A stretch of 64,000 nt of DNA from an uncultured Bacteroidales bacterium (GTDB lineage Bacteria > Bacteroidota > Bacteroidia > Bacteroidales > JAGOPY01). The notes below the pieces were generated by a model. It saw nothing but the letters and a program-made list of their open reading frames with translations. It made no database searches and was not told where the DNA came from. The DNA lies in the NCBI GenBank assembly GCA_964489545.1, contig CAZAZE010000009.1:3035-67034 (forward strand), read 5' to 3'. A program made the translations under genes and the position numbers. Positions 36,401-46,030 of the stretch are shown here, in pieces (position 1 is the stretch's first letter; each line of letters begins with the position of its first letter).

Positions 36401-38807
36401 GGTCGGTGCCGAGGTAGGTGGCTTGAACAGCGGTATATGCCCCGTTATTGATCTTCCAGTAGAGCATGGGTAAACCGGACCCGGCCGTGGGCACTCCGGA
36501 AGCATCGGTAATGGTGGTCACCAATGTTCTTTGGGTGAGTGATGCAGTATTGGGAAGTTGCGTAAACTGAATGGAGGGCGCCGTCAGGTCGGAGCCCAGG
36601 CCTCCGAATTCATCCGCGCCGATATCCGGGGCGGTAGGCGGGAAGGAGGCATTGACAGGATATCCTGCATTGGGATAACGGGCATCTCCGTCAAAGTCAG
36701 TCAGAATGTCCACAGGCGTTGACACGGTGATCCCGCCGCTTTCCAGCTGGGATGGGACATTGGTCCGCATGTGCAGATTGTAAGGGGCCGCGGTCTTGTT
36801 CTGGAAGGCAGGGTTCACGGCGACGGAAGCGGCGTCAGCGGGCGATACGAGCGCCTTGTAATCCATCAGGGTCTCGGCATTGTTGGTGCCGTCGGAGTAG
36901 ATCAGCCTGCTGGGGCCCGGGGTGCCTGCATAGAAGTTATTGTTATTCGATGTCGTCGCATAGGTCCCTATGGTGGTGGAACTGCGGCGGTAGGCAATGG
37001 TCGTGCCGTTGACCCCGGGGGTGGAAACATTGACAATGATGTTGTTCTTCAGTTCCAGAATCGGGGTGGTGGAGGCATAAAGACCAATCGTTCCGAAGTC
37101 ATCGCTGCTGGAGCTCGCATCCAGGTAAATCGTGTTGTTGTAAGCCCCATGTGATGTACCTCCGGAGAAATAGATGCCGTAGATAGAGGTGGCCAGCGTG
37201 GAAGCAGGCGCATATAATTCGGAAATAAAGTTGTTGTAGAGATAAACATTCGTTCCCGTCGAAACATAGATGCCATAAAGTGTTCCGGTTGCGGAAACCT
37301 TGTTCGCGTTCTTAATTTCATTGCCGTAAAAATTAACGGTGGTGCCGCCTGAAAGATAAGTGCTATACAAGGTTCCGTTTCCGTTAAACAGATTCTTCAC
37401 GGTGTTGCCGTAAATGTTTTTGGTCACGGCTGAATTGGTGACATACAATCCGTAAGTCGTACCCGAGGAGGCAATGTTGATGTTGTCCACAATATTATCG
37501 TGGCACTCCAGAATCGTTCCGCTTCCGGGGACATAGAATAAGTAATTGGCCCCGCCGCCGACCACGCTTTGCCGCCTGGAGTTGTTGGTTACGGTGTTGT
37601 TGTAAACCTGCGTTGTGCCGGCGGTGCTTGGCGAGCTGGAGAAATAGCAGTAGTAGATCGATCCGGTGGAAGTCGACGTCCCTGAACCAATTTCATTTCC
37701 TGAAACGGTATTGTTGTGGAAATAGGCCGTTACTCCGCCCGTGGAAATATACATCAGGTATACGGTACCGCTGGTGTGATTGGGAAGTTGATTGTTGATG
37801 ACGCTGTTGTTGTTATAATTTACGGTGTTTGTTGTGCCTGACGAACCCATGCCGGAATTGTAGATCCCGTAAAATGAGCCGGTCCCGTTATAGGTCATGC
37901 TGATGGTATTGTTGTATACCTCGACATTGGCATTGGTACTGGTCATCAGGTACATATTGTACAGCGAGGCAGAGCCCAGGTCGGCGGTGCCGGTGAAGTT
38001 ATTATTGGCGATCTTGATGTTATTCTGGTAATAACAATAGAGGCCGTAGCAGGCGGTGGTTCCGCCGCTGTTGCCCAGGCCGTTCACCACGTTGGTCCCT
38101 TCGACGCCCAGTTCGTTGTTCTGATCGTAAAAATCGTACGGAGCGGCGTCAGCCCGCCCGTAAATATAGAATGCATGATAGCAGTTGCTGACATTCAGGC
38201 TGAAGAATCTATTGTATGAATTGGTACCTGCAATGTCAGTAATGACCAGCTGTGTGGTCGAAGCTGTAGTGTGGTTGTTGGAGTAAATCGCCCGGGAGCT
38301 GGTATTGGCCGGGTTCAGGGAGATGGAAGAGTTTTTGATCACATTGTTCTGCGAGCCGTTGGTTTCGGATGCTTTGAGGATGGCGAAGGCCCATTCCATT
38401 TGCATCGCGCTGGTGGTGTTGGCCGCATTTTCCTGGATGTCGATCCCGTCGAACGTGACGTAATCGGCTCCGGAGAGGCAGATGACATAGTCCATGGTAC
38501 CGCTGCCGGGCGTGGCCGCCGTGATCAGCGGGTTGGCGCCCGCGCCGCTTTTCTGGAAGAAGATGGGGCTGGTCGACGAACCGGTCGTGGTGGTGATCAG
38601 ACCTGCGGTTGGAACGGAGAATGTCTCCGTATGGCCGGCTGCGACGCTGAATGTAACTCCGCCCGAGCCGGCGCCCTGGGCGTTCAAGGCGGTGATGGCC
38701 GCCTCGATCGTTGCGTAATCGCCGGGAATGGTCTTGGTACCGGTAAGCTGCCCAAAGACAATCTGGACGGCAATTACACATGAAATCAATAGTAGAAATC
38801 TTTTCAT
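32367..38807 (-). CDS. Giant (2146 aa) secreted surface protein: parallel beta-helix-like repeats, three FN3-like modules, four Cys-containing Ig/PKD-like modules, T9SS C-terminal domain
   Basis: Signal peptide MKRFLLLISCVIAVQIVFGQ; recurring NN-x-I/V turns; repeated Y-x-WT-V-P/S-x-G module; C-terminus LNIFPIPNSGKFTVAF...GIYTLTIRTGQSQVMRKIIVTR. Confidence 0.85.
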   Translation of the reverse strand: MKRFLLLISCVIAVQIVFGQLTGTKTIPGDYATIEAAITALNAQGAGSGGVTFSVAAGHTETFSVPTAGLITTTTGSSTSPIFFQKSGAGANPLITAATPGSGTMDYVICLSGADYVTFDGIDIQENAANTTSAMQMEWAFAILKASETNGSQNNVIKNSSISLNPANTSSRAIYSNNHTTASTTQLVITDIAGTNSYNRFFSLNVSNCYHAFYIYGRADAAPYDFYDQNNELGVEGTNVVNGLGNSGGTTACYGLYCYYQNNIKIANNNFTGTADLGSASLYNMYLMTSTNANVEVYNNTISMTYNGTGSFYGIYNSGMGSSGTTNTVNYNNNSVINNQLPNHTSGTVYLMYISTGGVTAYFHNNTVSGNEIGSGTSTSTGSIYYCYFSSSPSTAGTTQVYNNTVTNNSRRQSVVGGGANYLFYVPGSGTILECHDNIVDNINIASSGTTYGLYVTNSAVTKNIYGNTVKNLFNGNGTLYSTYLSGGTTVNFYGNEIKNANKVSATGTLYGIYVSTGTNVYLYNNFISELYAPASTLATSIYGIYFSGGTSHGAYNNTIYLDASSSSDDFGTIGLYASTTPILELKNNIIVNVSTPGVNGTTIAYRRSSTTIGTYATTSNNNNFYAGTPGPSRLIYSDGTNNAETLMDYKALVSPADAASVAVNPAFQNKTAAPYNLHMRTNVPSQLESGGITVSTPVDILTDFDGDARYPNAGYPVNASFPPTAPDIGADEFGGLGSDLTAPSIQFTQLPNTASLTQRTLVTTITDASGVPTAGSGLPMLYWKINNGAYTAVQATYLGTDQYSFTLGAGVAVGDVVSYYLVAQDEADPLNIGAMPAAGASGYTSNPPACSTPPDPPLTYTILLPLCGTFQVGTGGDYATLTAAIADLVNYEVTCPVVFELTDATYDAETVPIVLLPVAGASSANTITIRPASGASPTITGSGTSIIKFEGGQYYVFDGSNVPGGTTRNLTIENTATSTSTATIWISSLGVEQGSSNNTIKNCHIKGGSNTVTSQIGIFVGGTSISTSGTGADNDGITIENNRISRAYYGLIAHGLPAVGELDNLVVKNNTIGADVDTDYITGYGMRFQSINGAVVSDNEIYNMIYNGSKYGLYTGTTIANSLFHNNHIHAMGQTNTTASYYCIAMYFATTTGTVNNQVSNNLIYDLDMYGSTSNFYGPIGIRIVGGNGYKVWHNTISLTGAFGSTTAGVYSHCLFISTATSNIDVRNNIFSNTRTGVDPRAYTVYTPSTTTFAAIDYNDYYTTGSAFGYYGAEVADFTAWKAATGQDFNSENMNPNFVSPTNPLPTNTMLNNQGVYLPDVPKDFTGQNRTSPPDMGAYEFGNDPDLMTMPATSVTPVSATLNASVNPVGQNVSTYFDYGFDTNYGNSVAGVPSSVTGNSPTAYSADLAGLTTSAVYHFRARVIGAGGLIIYGDDMTFETVPPPTVTTQAATGITSTGATLNGLVNANNSNTMVYFEYGPTDSYGTVVPAVPAQVSGSTDVAVTVDLSGLEIFSTYHYRVYATNSGGTSYGSDMTFTTLGELPVVVTNPASNVLISTAQLNGTVTANNQETTVTFEWGLTPAYGNVANATPLTVNGMSPTAVSAQIAGLLDNTEYHFRCVGTNAEGTTYGADQMFNTYCPPPAAAGPITGPQNICKPSAGNVYTVAPIQDATTYVWTVPAGATITAGAGTNSITVSFDETSVSGDITVYGSSNCGNGAQSSLAVAVNPLPVPTITGADPACLGSIYTYSTEAGMSSYVWTVSAGGQIIAGAGTATVDVQWNSTGAQSLSVTYTSAAGCPAAAPAVMPVQVSGLPSPTISGSNMMCANSGLFVYTTEQGFSDYSWTVSTGGTIVSGQGTYQIEVNWTTPGSKTVTVNYDNASGCPAATPASFAVTVMGVPVAPGAITGVDELCMGQNASYSVAPVAGALSYDWTVPAGATIFEGEGTPAIKVFFGPGASSGNITVAAVNNCGNGPASPAFFVTVNPIPPAPVVTVDGDYLLTSSAPDGNQWYFNGNPIEGATGQTHQAEEEGFYWTIVTLNGCSSQESNHVEVIFVGIDELPGTSLNIFPIPNSGKFTVAFVNKTETTYQAEVVNHLGIRIYEKADVVISGQGRLDIDLGNVPKGIYTLTIRTGQSQVMRKIIVTR

Positions 38808-38912
38808 GCTTGATAGATTTAAGTTAATTTTAGAATTTATTGAGGTGTAAATATTTAATTATCAATATTTAAAATAGTCATAGATAATTTGTCCTGCTAA
38901 AAATATGAATTA

Positions 38913-38930
38913 TTGACTAATTAAAGTCAA
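38913..38930. promoter_or_regulatory. Palindrome TTGACT-aattaa-AGTCAA upstream of giant gene 1
   Basis: Perfect 6-N6-6 inverted repeat about 106-123 nt upstream of the start at 38807. Confidence 0.25.
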
Positions 38931-39014
38931 AATGAAATGTTAAATTTTAATGGAATTACTAGTTAGCGGATGATTAATGTCGGCTGATTCAGAATTTGAA
39001 ACAAGAAATGAATG

Positions 39015-39046
39015 AAAAAAGGGCGCTCCCGATTCGGGAAGCGCCC
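39015..39046 (-). terminator. Identical copy of the terminator at 32312-32343
   Basis: Same sequence, at an offset of 6703 nt. Confidence 0.8.
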
Positions 39047-40131
39047 TTTGCTTTGAAGCATGATTTCGGTTACCGGGTGACGATGATCTTCCGCATGACC
39101 TGGCTCTGGCCGGTGCGGATGGTCAGGGTGTAGATGCCTTTGGGCACGTTGCCCAGGTCGATGTCGAGCCGGCCCTGTCCGCTGATGACCACGTCGGCCT
39201 TTTCGTAGATGCGGATACCAAGGTGGTTCACCACTTCGGCCTGGTAGGTGGTTTCTGTCTTATTGACAAAGGCCACGGTGAACTTCCCGCTGTTGGGTAT
39301 GGGGAAGATATTCAGGCTGGTGCCGGGCAGTTCGTCGATCCCCACGAAGATGACCTCCACGTGGTTGGATTCCTGTGAGGAGCAACCGTTGAGGGTGACG
39401 ATGGTCCAGTAGAAGCCTTCCTCTTCGGCCTGGTGGGTCTGCCCGGTGGCGCCTTCGATGGGGTTACCGTTGAAGTACCACTGGTTTCCGTCGGGTGCGC
39501 TGCTGGTGAGCAGGTAGTCGCCGTCGACGGTCACGACCGGTGCGGGCGGGATGGGGTTGACGGTGACGAAGAAGGCGGGCGAGGCCGGTCCGTTACCGCA
39601 GTTGTTGACTGCGGCCACGGTGATGTTGCCGGAGCTGGCGCCGGGTCCGAAGAAGACCTTGATGGCGGGTGTTCCTTCGCCTTCGAAGATGGTGGCGCCG
39701 GCGGGCACGGTCCAGTCGTAGGAGAGGGCTCCGGCGACGGGCGCCACGCTGTAGCTGGCGTTTTGGCCCATGCAGAGTTCGTCAACGCCGGTGATGGCGC
39801 CGGGTGCCACGGGCACGCCCATGACGGTGACGGCGAAGCTGGCCGGTGTTGCGGCGGGGCATCCGGAAGCGTTGTCATAATTGACCGTGACGGTCTTGCT
39901 GCCCGGGGTGGTCCAGTTGACTTCGATCTGGTAGGTTCCCTGGCCGGAGACGATGGTGCCGCCGGTGGAGACGGTCCAGGAATAGTCGCTGAATCCCTGC
40001 TCGGTGGTGTAGACGAACAGGCCGGAGTTGGCGCACATCATATTCGATCCGGAGATGGTCGGCGAAGGCAGCCCGCTGACCTGGACGGGCATCACGGCGG
40101 GCGCGGCGGCGGGGCAGCCGGCGGCGCTGGT
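39015..40131. repeat. 1117-bp block identical to 32312-33428 (copy 2)
   Basis: As for copy 1. Confidence 0.85.
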
Positions 40132-43100
40132 ATACGTCACGCTGATGCTCTGGGAGCCGAGGCTGTTCCACTGTACGGTAACGGAAGCCGTTCCGGCTCC
40201 GGCAGTGATCTGTCCGCCTGCCGAGACGGTCCAGGCATATCCGGTCATACCCGATTCAGTGGTATAGGTATAGCTGGAACCGATACAGCCAATGGTGGCG
40301 CCTGTTATAGACGGCACCGGCAGAGGGTTCACGGTGACTGCCAGGTTGCTTGCAGCGCCGTTGCCGCAGACACTGGTGCCATATACAGATACATTTCCTG
40401 AAACGGCCTGAGCGCCGAAGTCAACCGTGATGGAATTGGTGTTCGCCCCGGCCACGATGGTTGCTCCTGTGGGAACAGTCCATGCATATCCGGTGGCATA
40501 GGTGATCGGCGCCACCGTATATACCTGTCCGGGTGTGGACTGGCACAAGGCGGTGGGTCCGGTAATGGCTCCTGCCGTTTCCGGGATCGGGCATGCTGTA
40601 GTAAACATCATGTCCTGGCCGTAGGTTGTCCCGGCTGGATTCTGAGCGACGCAGCGGAAATGATAGGAGGTATTGTAGCTCAGGCCGGAAAGGTTAGCCA
40701 GGACCGGTGTTGTGACATCTCCCGAGACGCTGGCCGGAACACCGGGGGCGGTGCTGCCGTAACCGTTGGTCAGGCCCCATTCGAACCAGACCGTCGTGAG
40801 CTGGTTGTTGGCATTGACCGTGCCGTTGAGGGTAGCGGTGAAGTTACCGATCCCCGACGCCGGGTTGGTCACAACAGTGGGCGGGTTAGCACCGGTGGTG
40901 AAGGTCGCATCTGCGCCGTAGGTCGTTCCTGCCGTGCTTGTGGCCACAACGCGGTAATGATAGACCTGGCCGGTCAGCAGGCCGGTAAGATCAAAGCTCA
41001 CGGGGGTCAGGACGCCTCCCGAGATCGGGCTTTCTGCCGCTGTGACCATTGTGCCGTAGGCAGGAGAGGTGCCATATTCAAATGATACGGTTGCAGTCTC
41101 GCAATTGGCATTGACTGTTCCGTTCATGGTGGCAGAATTCGTGCCGATATTGCTGGCGTTGTTGGTTACTGCAGTTGGCGCGGCGGTTGCGTCGGTCATG
41201 AACATCATGTCCCCGCCATAAGAAGTCACATTGTCGGCCGTGATCACGCGGATCCTGAAATGATACGTCGTTGCAGGATCAAGACTGGCAATACTGGCCG
41301 TGACATTTACAGGCGTGTTGCCCGTCACCTGCGCTGGCGTACCGGCGATGGTGCTGCCGTATGCATTGGTCAGACCGTAGTCGAAGTAGGTGTTAACAGT
41401 ATTGCCGTTGGCCATGACCGTTCCGTTTATTACTGCGCTTTCGCATGTAATATTACTGGCAGCTGTTGTGGTAATCTGCGGGTTATTACCAAATTCCAGT
41501 GCGCCCATGTCAGGTGGGTTGGTCCGTGTGATACCAGCCTGGTCTTTGGGAACGGTGGCCAGGTAATATCCCAGGTTATCCAGCGCGGTATTGGTCGGGT
41601 GCAGGTCGGAGGGGCTTGCAAAGGATGGATTGATGTTCTTCGAGTAGATATCCTTTCCTGTGGCAGCCTGCCAGTCGGCCAGCGTCAGCTTGTCTGAACC
41701 CATGTAACCGATAAACGGACTGATTCCATCAACATAATAGTTGTTGTAATCGATATCCGTGAATTGTGTATTGGTGCCGGCAGTTAAAACAGCGTATGTT
41801 TTATGTGCCATTGAACCCGAAATGGGCTGAAGAGAATTCTTCAGGATGTTGTCGCGGATATCCAGCAAAGTGACACTGCTCAGCGCTGTGATACAGCCTG
41901 TCCAGCTGCTGTATGAAGACGAGAGCACATTGCCTTCCAGGTTGATGGTGTTGTGATAGATCTTCATATTCCCGCCGGCCCCGATATAAATTCCATGCGG
42001 GTTGAGAGAACTGACGCTGGCGGAATATCCGTCGGCTTTGATATTGTAAATGGAATTATTGATGATCTCGGTGACTGTCGTGGCATCGGCTGAAATATAA
42101 ATGCCGTATTGCCCCCAGCCGCCGGTCCCGGTGTAATACCAGTCGTGGATGTTGTTGCTGTGTATTTTCGTGTTGGTAGATCCGGTTATCATGTAGATTC
42201 CGGCCTGGGAGTAATTCGCATTGCCCAGCGGAGCCCCCATGATTTCGTTGTCCCTGATCAGCGTATTGTCGGCATAACTCACAACAATGCCCCGGTACTG
42301 GATGGCTTCCGCGTCGACAGAGGAACCGATGATGTTGTTGGTGACCTGTCCGTTGGTGGCCACAGAGCCGGCGACACCGGCGAACTGGATCCCGTACCGG
42401 GCGTGGCTGATGGTATTGTTGTGGATCACAATATTGTCATATCCGCCGCCGGATGCATTTAAAATAATGGCATATGTGCTGTTGGTCACCTGCGGAGTTG
42501 CCTTTATAGTGCAATTCTTAATGGTGCAATTGCTGGCAGGATTGCCTCCACTGTTAAAGACGCCTATGGTGTAGGAACTGGAAGTGGTACTGGTATTCTC
42601 CCAGGTCAGGCTTTTATCATCGCCGCCGCTGTTCGATCCGTCAATAGTAAGGTAATCAACACCATACAGTACAATTATGCCGGTTGTGGAACTTCCGGTG
42701 ACTGTGGCGGTTACGCCGGCTTTGGGCTTGATGGTGACTGGCCTCGACGGATCTTCGCCCAGGTACGGAATTACGATCAGCGGGAAGGTTTCTCCGGCCG
42801 AGTAGCTGGCATCCCACAACTCAAACGTCACGGGCCCGATCACATCCTTCAGGTTGAGATCGGCTATTGCGGCGGTAAGGGTAGGATAGGTCTGGCCGGC
42901 GCCAACCGCATAGGTTCCCGAAAGGGTCCCGACGATCACATAACTGGCGGGCGTGGTGGGCGGTGTACTGCAGGCCGGTGGATTTGCCGTAAATCCGGCA
43001 GCGCCTCCCGAAGGATTGGCCCCGATATTGGGCGTGGGGGCGACATTATCCTGTGCAACGATGTAATAGGAAACCTCATCATTCAAAACAACCCCTGTAC

Positions 43101-45747
43101 CAAAGGTAAAGCTGTAATCGTTACCGCCGAGATATGCCGCCTGTACCCCGGTATAGGCGCCGGCGTTGATCTTCCAGTAGAGCATCGGAAGCCCTGTTCC
43201 AACGGTCGGTACCCCTGAAGCATCAGTGATGGTGGCTGTCAGGGTGCGTGCTCCTGTGCCGGAAGTGTTGCTCAGCGGGGTGTATACAATATTCGGGGGC
43301 GTCAGGTCGATCGGAATGCCCGTAAATTCGTCCGCTCCGACATCGGGAGTGCTGCCGTTGCGTGCCTGGCCGTCGAAGTCGTCAGTGATACCGGCAACGG
43401 GCGTCCCGCCGCTTTCGATCTGCGTGGCTATGGCTTCATTGATGTGCAGGAAATCTGCACTTGTGCCGGTCAGGCTCTTGAAATTGGGATCTTCGGTAAA
43501 GGAGGAACCCTCAGCAGGCGCCACCAGGGCCTTATAATCACCAATACCCTGCGCCAGGTTGGTTCCGTCGTAAAAAACGAGACGTGTGGCACCGGGCGTA
43601 CCTGCATAGTAAAGGTTGTTGTTGGAGGCTGACGCGAAGTTGGTAAGCGATGTGCTGGAACGCTGATAGGCCACAGTGTAACCGGTTCCCGCCGGGGTGG
43701 ATTTGTTGACGATGACGTTGTTTTTCAGCGTGAGCGCAGCCGTGGTTGCAGTCGTGGAGGTAGTGACATACAATCCTGCAGTGGCAAAGTTCGCTCCGGT
43801 ACTGCTGGCGCTGAGGTAAACAGAGTTAAATGAAATATTGATCGCAGTAGTCGTGCTGGTGGTGGTCACATTGATCCCCCGGACCGATGGGGCGGTGGGA
43901 CCCGTGGAACTGGCGGCCGGGGCCCTGAGGTCGCCGATCAGGTTGTTGTAAATGCTGGCAACACCTGATGTTCCCAGGCTGCCCTGGAGGATACCAGATA
44001 CGGTGGGCGCGCCCGTAGAAGTGCTCTGAATGTTCCAGATCTTGTTCTTGAAGATGTTCGGGGAACTGCTCGCCATATTGATCCCGGCAATTGTAGTCCC
44101 CGCGCCGGTAATGTTGTATATCTGGTTTAAGCTGACCGTGCGTGTGCCGGTGGTAGTGAAGGCATACAAGCCGTATACGGTTCCGGTGCCGTTGTGGGTC
44201 AGGTTCCTGATAACGTTGTCGTTGTAATTTTCATTCGTCGGGGAACTGATATTGTACATTCCGTATAAGGCACTGGTCCCGGTGGTCTTGATGCAGCTTA
44301 GGTTCTCTATAATGTTGTTGTTAGCCACGACAGTGGTCCCCGAAGTCTGGATCCCGTAAAGCGTGCTCGTCGATCCTGTGCCGTCAATACTAAGGTTAGA
44401 CACCGAATTGTTGCTTACGGTCTGGGTAGTTCCGCTGGAAACATAAATGCCAATGGTCGTTCCGCCCGTAGTGCCGGTCCGGAAATGATTGGAAACAGTG
44501 TTATCGGTGACATTCACTGCCGTCGCCGACCCGGAGTTGTAGAGCAGGTAATTCACCCCGGACCCGGCCAGCGACACTGCACTGTAATTCGTATTGGATA
44601 CAGTGTTGTCGTTGATGTTGACTGTTGCCGCCGATGCTGAACTCCATATTCCGTAAAACACCCCGGTAGTGGCAGTAAGATATTCCCCGGTCAGGACATT
44701 ATTGTTGATATTCACGGTATTGCCTGCTGCGGTAGAACCGATGACATTCTCGATCATCGCCACCTGCGAGGTGGTGCCGCCGCCTTTAATCGTGATATTA
44801 TTGTAATTAATGCTGGCATTGGCACTGGTACCGGCCTGCGCATAGATGCCCCGCAGAGTGGAGGGATGGTTAACACCTGCCCCGTTGTTGTTGTTGATGG
44901 TGTTGTAAGAGATGTTCACATCCCAGACATTGTTTACCCGGATTCCGGCAGAAGGGTTGGTGGACCCGGTTCCACCCCCGAAATTAAGAATGGTGTTGCC
45001 GGTGGTGGGTGAGGATCCCCCGATATCATTGCCGGTGTCGCCCAGCGTGAACGGTGTGGCTGCGGCATACCCGTTGATCACAATACCATAGTTACAGTTC
45101 TGCAAAGTGTTGGAATAAAACATGTTGAAAGAGTTGGTTCCATTTGCCGAGGTTGGGGTCAGTGCTGTGGTTTGCGCGGCGGCGGTCGCGTTGATCACAT
45201 TGATCGCCTTGGAACCTTCCACTGAAGGGCCGCTTCCGGATGCGAAGTTCTGCCTGTTGAGCGTCACCACGCAGTTCTTGATGGTGTTGTACTGGCAGCC
45301 ATTGTCGGCGTCGGCCTTGAAGAAGGCAAACCCGTACTCCATCATGGCATTGCCGCTGGCATTGGGATCGACCAGCTCGATACCATCGATGGTTACGTAA
45401 TCCGAACCGGCCAGGTTCCAGATCCCGTCCTGCACGGCCGAGTTGGGCGCGTTGGCTCCGGCATAAGCGGTGATCAGCGGAAGAGCGCCCGCCCCGCTTT
45501 TCTGGAAGATGATGGGATTGGCGGCCGTACCTGTGGCGGTCACTGATAAGGGCGCCGTGATGAGCTCAGTGTAGCCGGAGGCAATGTTAAACGTGACTCC
45601 GCCGGCACCCACGCCCTGGGCGTTGAGCGCGGTGATGGCGGCCTCAACGGTCGCATAGTCGCCCGGAATCGTTTTGACGCCGGATAACTGCCCGAAGGAT
45701 AGCTGGAAAGCTGCCAGGGCAAAAGTAAAAAGAAGCAGTTTTTTCAT
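39070..45747 (-). CDS. Giant (about 2225 aa) paralog of the adjacent surface protein; the last 354 codons are identical
   Basis: Signal peptide MKKLLLFTFALAAFQLSFGQ (ATG at 45747; track start 45768). Same architecture as 32367..38807. Confidence 0.85.
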   Translation of the reverse strand: MKKLLLFTFALAAFQLSFGQLSGVKTIPGDYATVEAAITALNAQGVGAGGVTFNIASGYTELITAPLSVTATGTAANPIIFQKSGAGALPLITAYAGANAPNSAVQDGIWNLAGSDYVTIDGIELVDPNASGNAMMEYGFAFFKADADNGCQYNTIKNCVVTLNRQNFASGSGPSVEGSKAINVINATAAAQTTALTPTSANGTNSFNMFYSNTLQNCNYGIVINGYAAATPFTLGDTGNDIGGSSPTTGNTILNFGGGTGSTNPSAGIRVNNVWDVNISYNTINNNNGAGVNHPSTLRGIYAQAGTSANASINYNNITIKGGGTTSQVAMIENVIGSTAAGNTVNINNNVLTGEYLTATTGVFYGIWSSASAATVNINDNTVSNTNYSAVSLAGSGVNYLLYNSGSATAVNVTDNTVSNHFRTGTTGGTTIGIYVSSGTTQTVSNNSVSNLSIDGTGSTSTLYGIQTSGTTVVANNNIIENLSCIKTTGTSALYGMYNISSPTNENYNDNVIRNLTHNGTGTVYGLYAFTTTGTRTVSLNQIYNITGAGTTIAGINMASSSPNIFKNKIWNIQSTSTGAPTVSGILQGSLGTSGVASIYNNLIGDLRAPAASSTGPTAPSVRGINVTTTSTTTAINISFNSVYLSASSTGANFATAGLYVTTSTTATTAALTLKNNVIVNKSTPAGTGYTVAYQRSSTSLTNFASASNNNLYYAGTPGATRLVFYDGTNLAQGIGDYKALVAPAEGSSFTEDPNFKSLTGTSADFLHINEAIATQIESGGTPVAGITDDFDGQARNGSTPDVGADEFTGIPIDLTPPNIVYTPLSNTSGTGARTLTATITDASGVPTVGTGLPMLYWKINAGAYTGVQAAYLGGNDYSFTFGTGVVLNDEVSYYIVAQDNVAPTPNIGANPSGGAAGFTANPPACSTPPTTPASYVIVGTLSGTYAVGAGQTYPTLTAAIADLNLKDVIGPVTFELWDASYSAGETFPLIVIPYLGEDPSRPVTIKPKAGVTATVTGSSTTGIIVLYGVDYLTIDGSNSGGDDKSLTWENTSTTSSSYTIGVFNSGGNPASNCTIKNCTIKATPQVTNSTYAIILNASGGGYDNIVIHNNTISHARYGIQFAGVAGSVATNGQVTNNIIGSSVDAEAIQYRGIVVSYADNTLIRDNEIMGAPLGNANYSQAGIYMITGSTNTKIHSNNIHDWYYTGTGGWGQYGIYISADATTVTEIINNSIYNIKADGYSASVSSLNPHGIYIGAGGNMKIYHNTINLEGNVLSSSYSSWTGCITALSSVTLLDIRDNILKNSLQPISGSMAHKTYAVLTAGTNTQFTDIDYNNYYVDGISPFIGYMGSDKLTLADWQAATGKDIYSKNINPSFASPSDLHPTNTALDNLGYYLATVPKDQAGITRTNPPDMGALEFGNNPQITTTAASNITCESAVINGTVMANGNTVNTYFDYGLTNAYGSTIAGTPAQVTGNTPVNVTASIASLDPATTYHFRIRVITADNVTSYGGDMMFMTDATAAPTAVTNNASNIGTNSATMNGTVNANCETATVSFEYGTSPAYGTMVTAAESPISGGVLTPVSFDLTGLLTGQVYHYRVVATSTAGTTYGADATFTTGANPPTVVTNPASGIGNFTATLNGTVNANNQLTTVWFEWGLTNGYGSTAPGVPASVSGDVTTPVLANLSGLSYNTSYHFRCVAQNPAGTTYGQDMMFTTACPIPETAGAITGPTALCQSTPGQVYTVAPITYATGYAWTVPTGATIVAGANTNSITVDFGAQAVSGNVSVYGTSVCGNGAASNLAVTVNPLPVPSITGATIGCIGSSYTYTTESGMTGYAWTVSAGGQITAGAGTASVTVQWNSLGSQSISVTYTSAAGCPAAAPAVMPVQVSGLPSPTISGSNMMCANSGLFVYTTEQGFSDYSWTVSTGGTIVSGQGTYQIEVNWTTPGSKTVTVNYDNASGCPAATPASFAVTVMGVPVAPGAITGVDELCMGQNASYSVAPVAGALSYDWTVPAGATIFEGEGTPAIKVFFGPGASSGNITVAAVNNCGNGPASPAFFVTVNPIPPAPVVTVDGDYLLTSSAPDGNQWYFNGNPIEGATGQTHQAEEEGFYWTIVTLNGCSSQESNHVEVIFVGIDELPGTSLNIFPIPNSGKFTVAFVNKTETTYQAEVVNHLGIRIYEKADVVISGQGRLDIDLGNVPKGIYTLTIRTGQSQVMRKIIVTR

Positions 45748-46030
45748 GATTTTAGGATTAAAGTTCATATGAAGACTTAAAAAATCATTACATGATTATT
45801 ACAAAATCAACAAAATCAAAAACGAGAAACTGGAAGAATTTTGAGAGAACCCGGGAAAGAAATATGAGTATAAAGTTACGAAATAACCTTTCGAAATATT
45901 AAGCTATGTGTTAAAAAAATGATGATTTCGATCACTTTTTGAATACAGATCTGATAAGGAGCACAGGGTGGCCTGATTTCAGGTTGACCGGGATTCTGAT
46001 TATCTTTGCCCTTCATTAAACAGTTCAACC

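Noticed and set aside
32312-40131. Diversity-generating retroelement (template/variable repeat) as an explanation for the duplicated block in the giants
   Set aside because: The two copies are identical rather than differing at adenines. The block is ~1.1 kb, far longer than a typical TR/VR, and there is no reverse transcriptase gene in the window.
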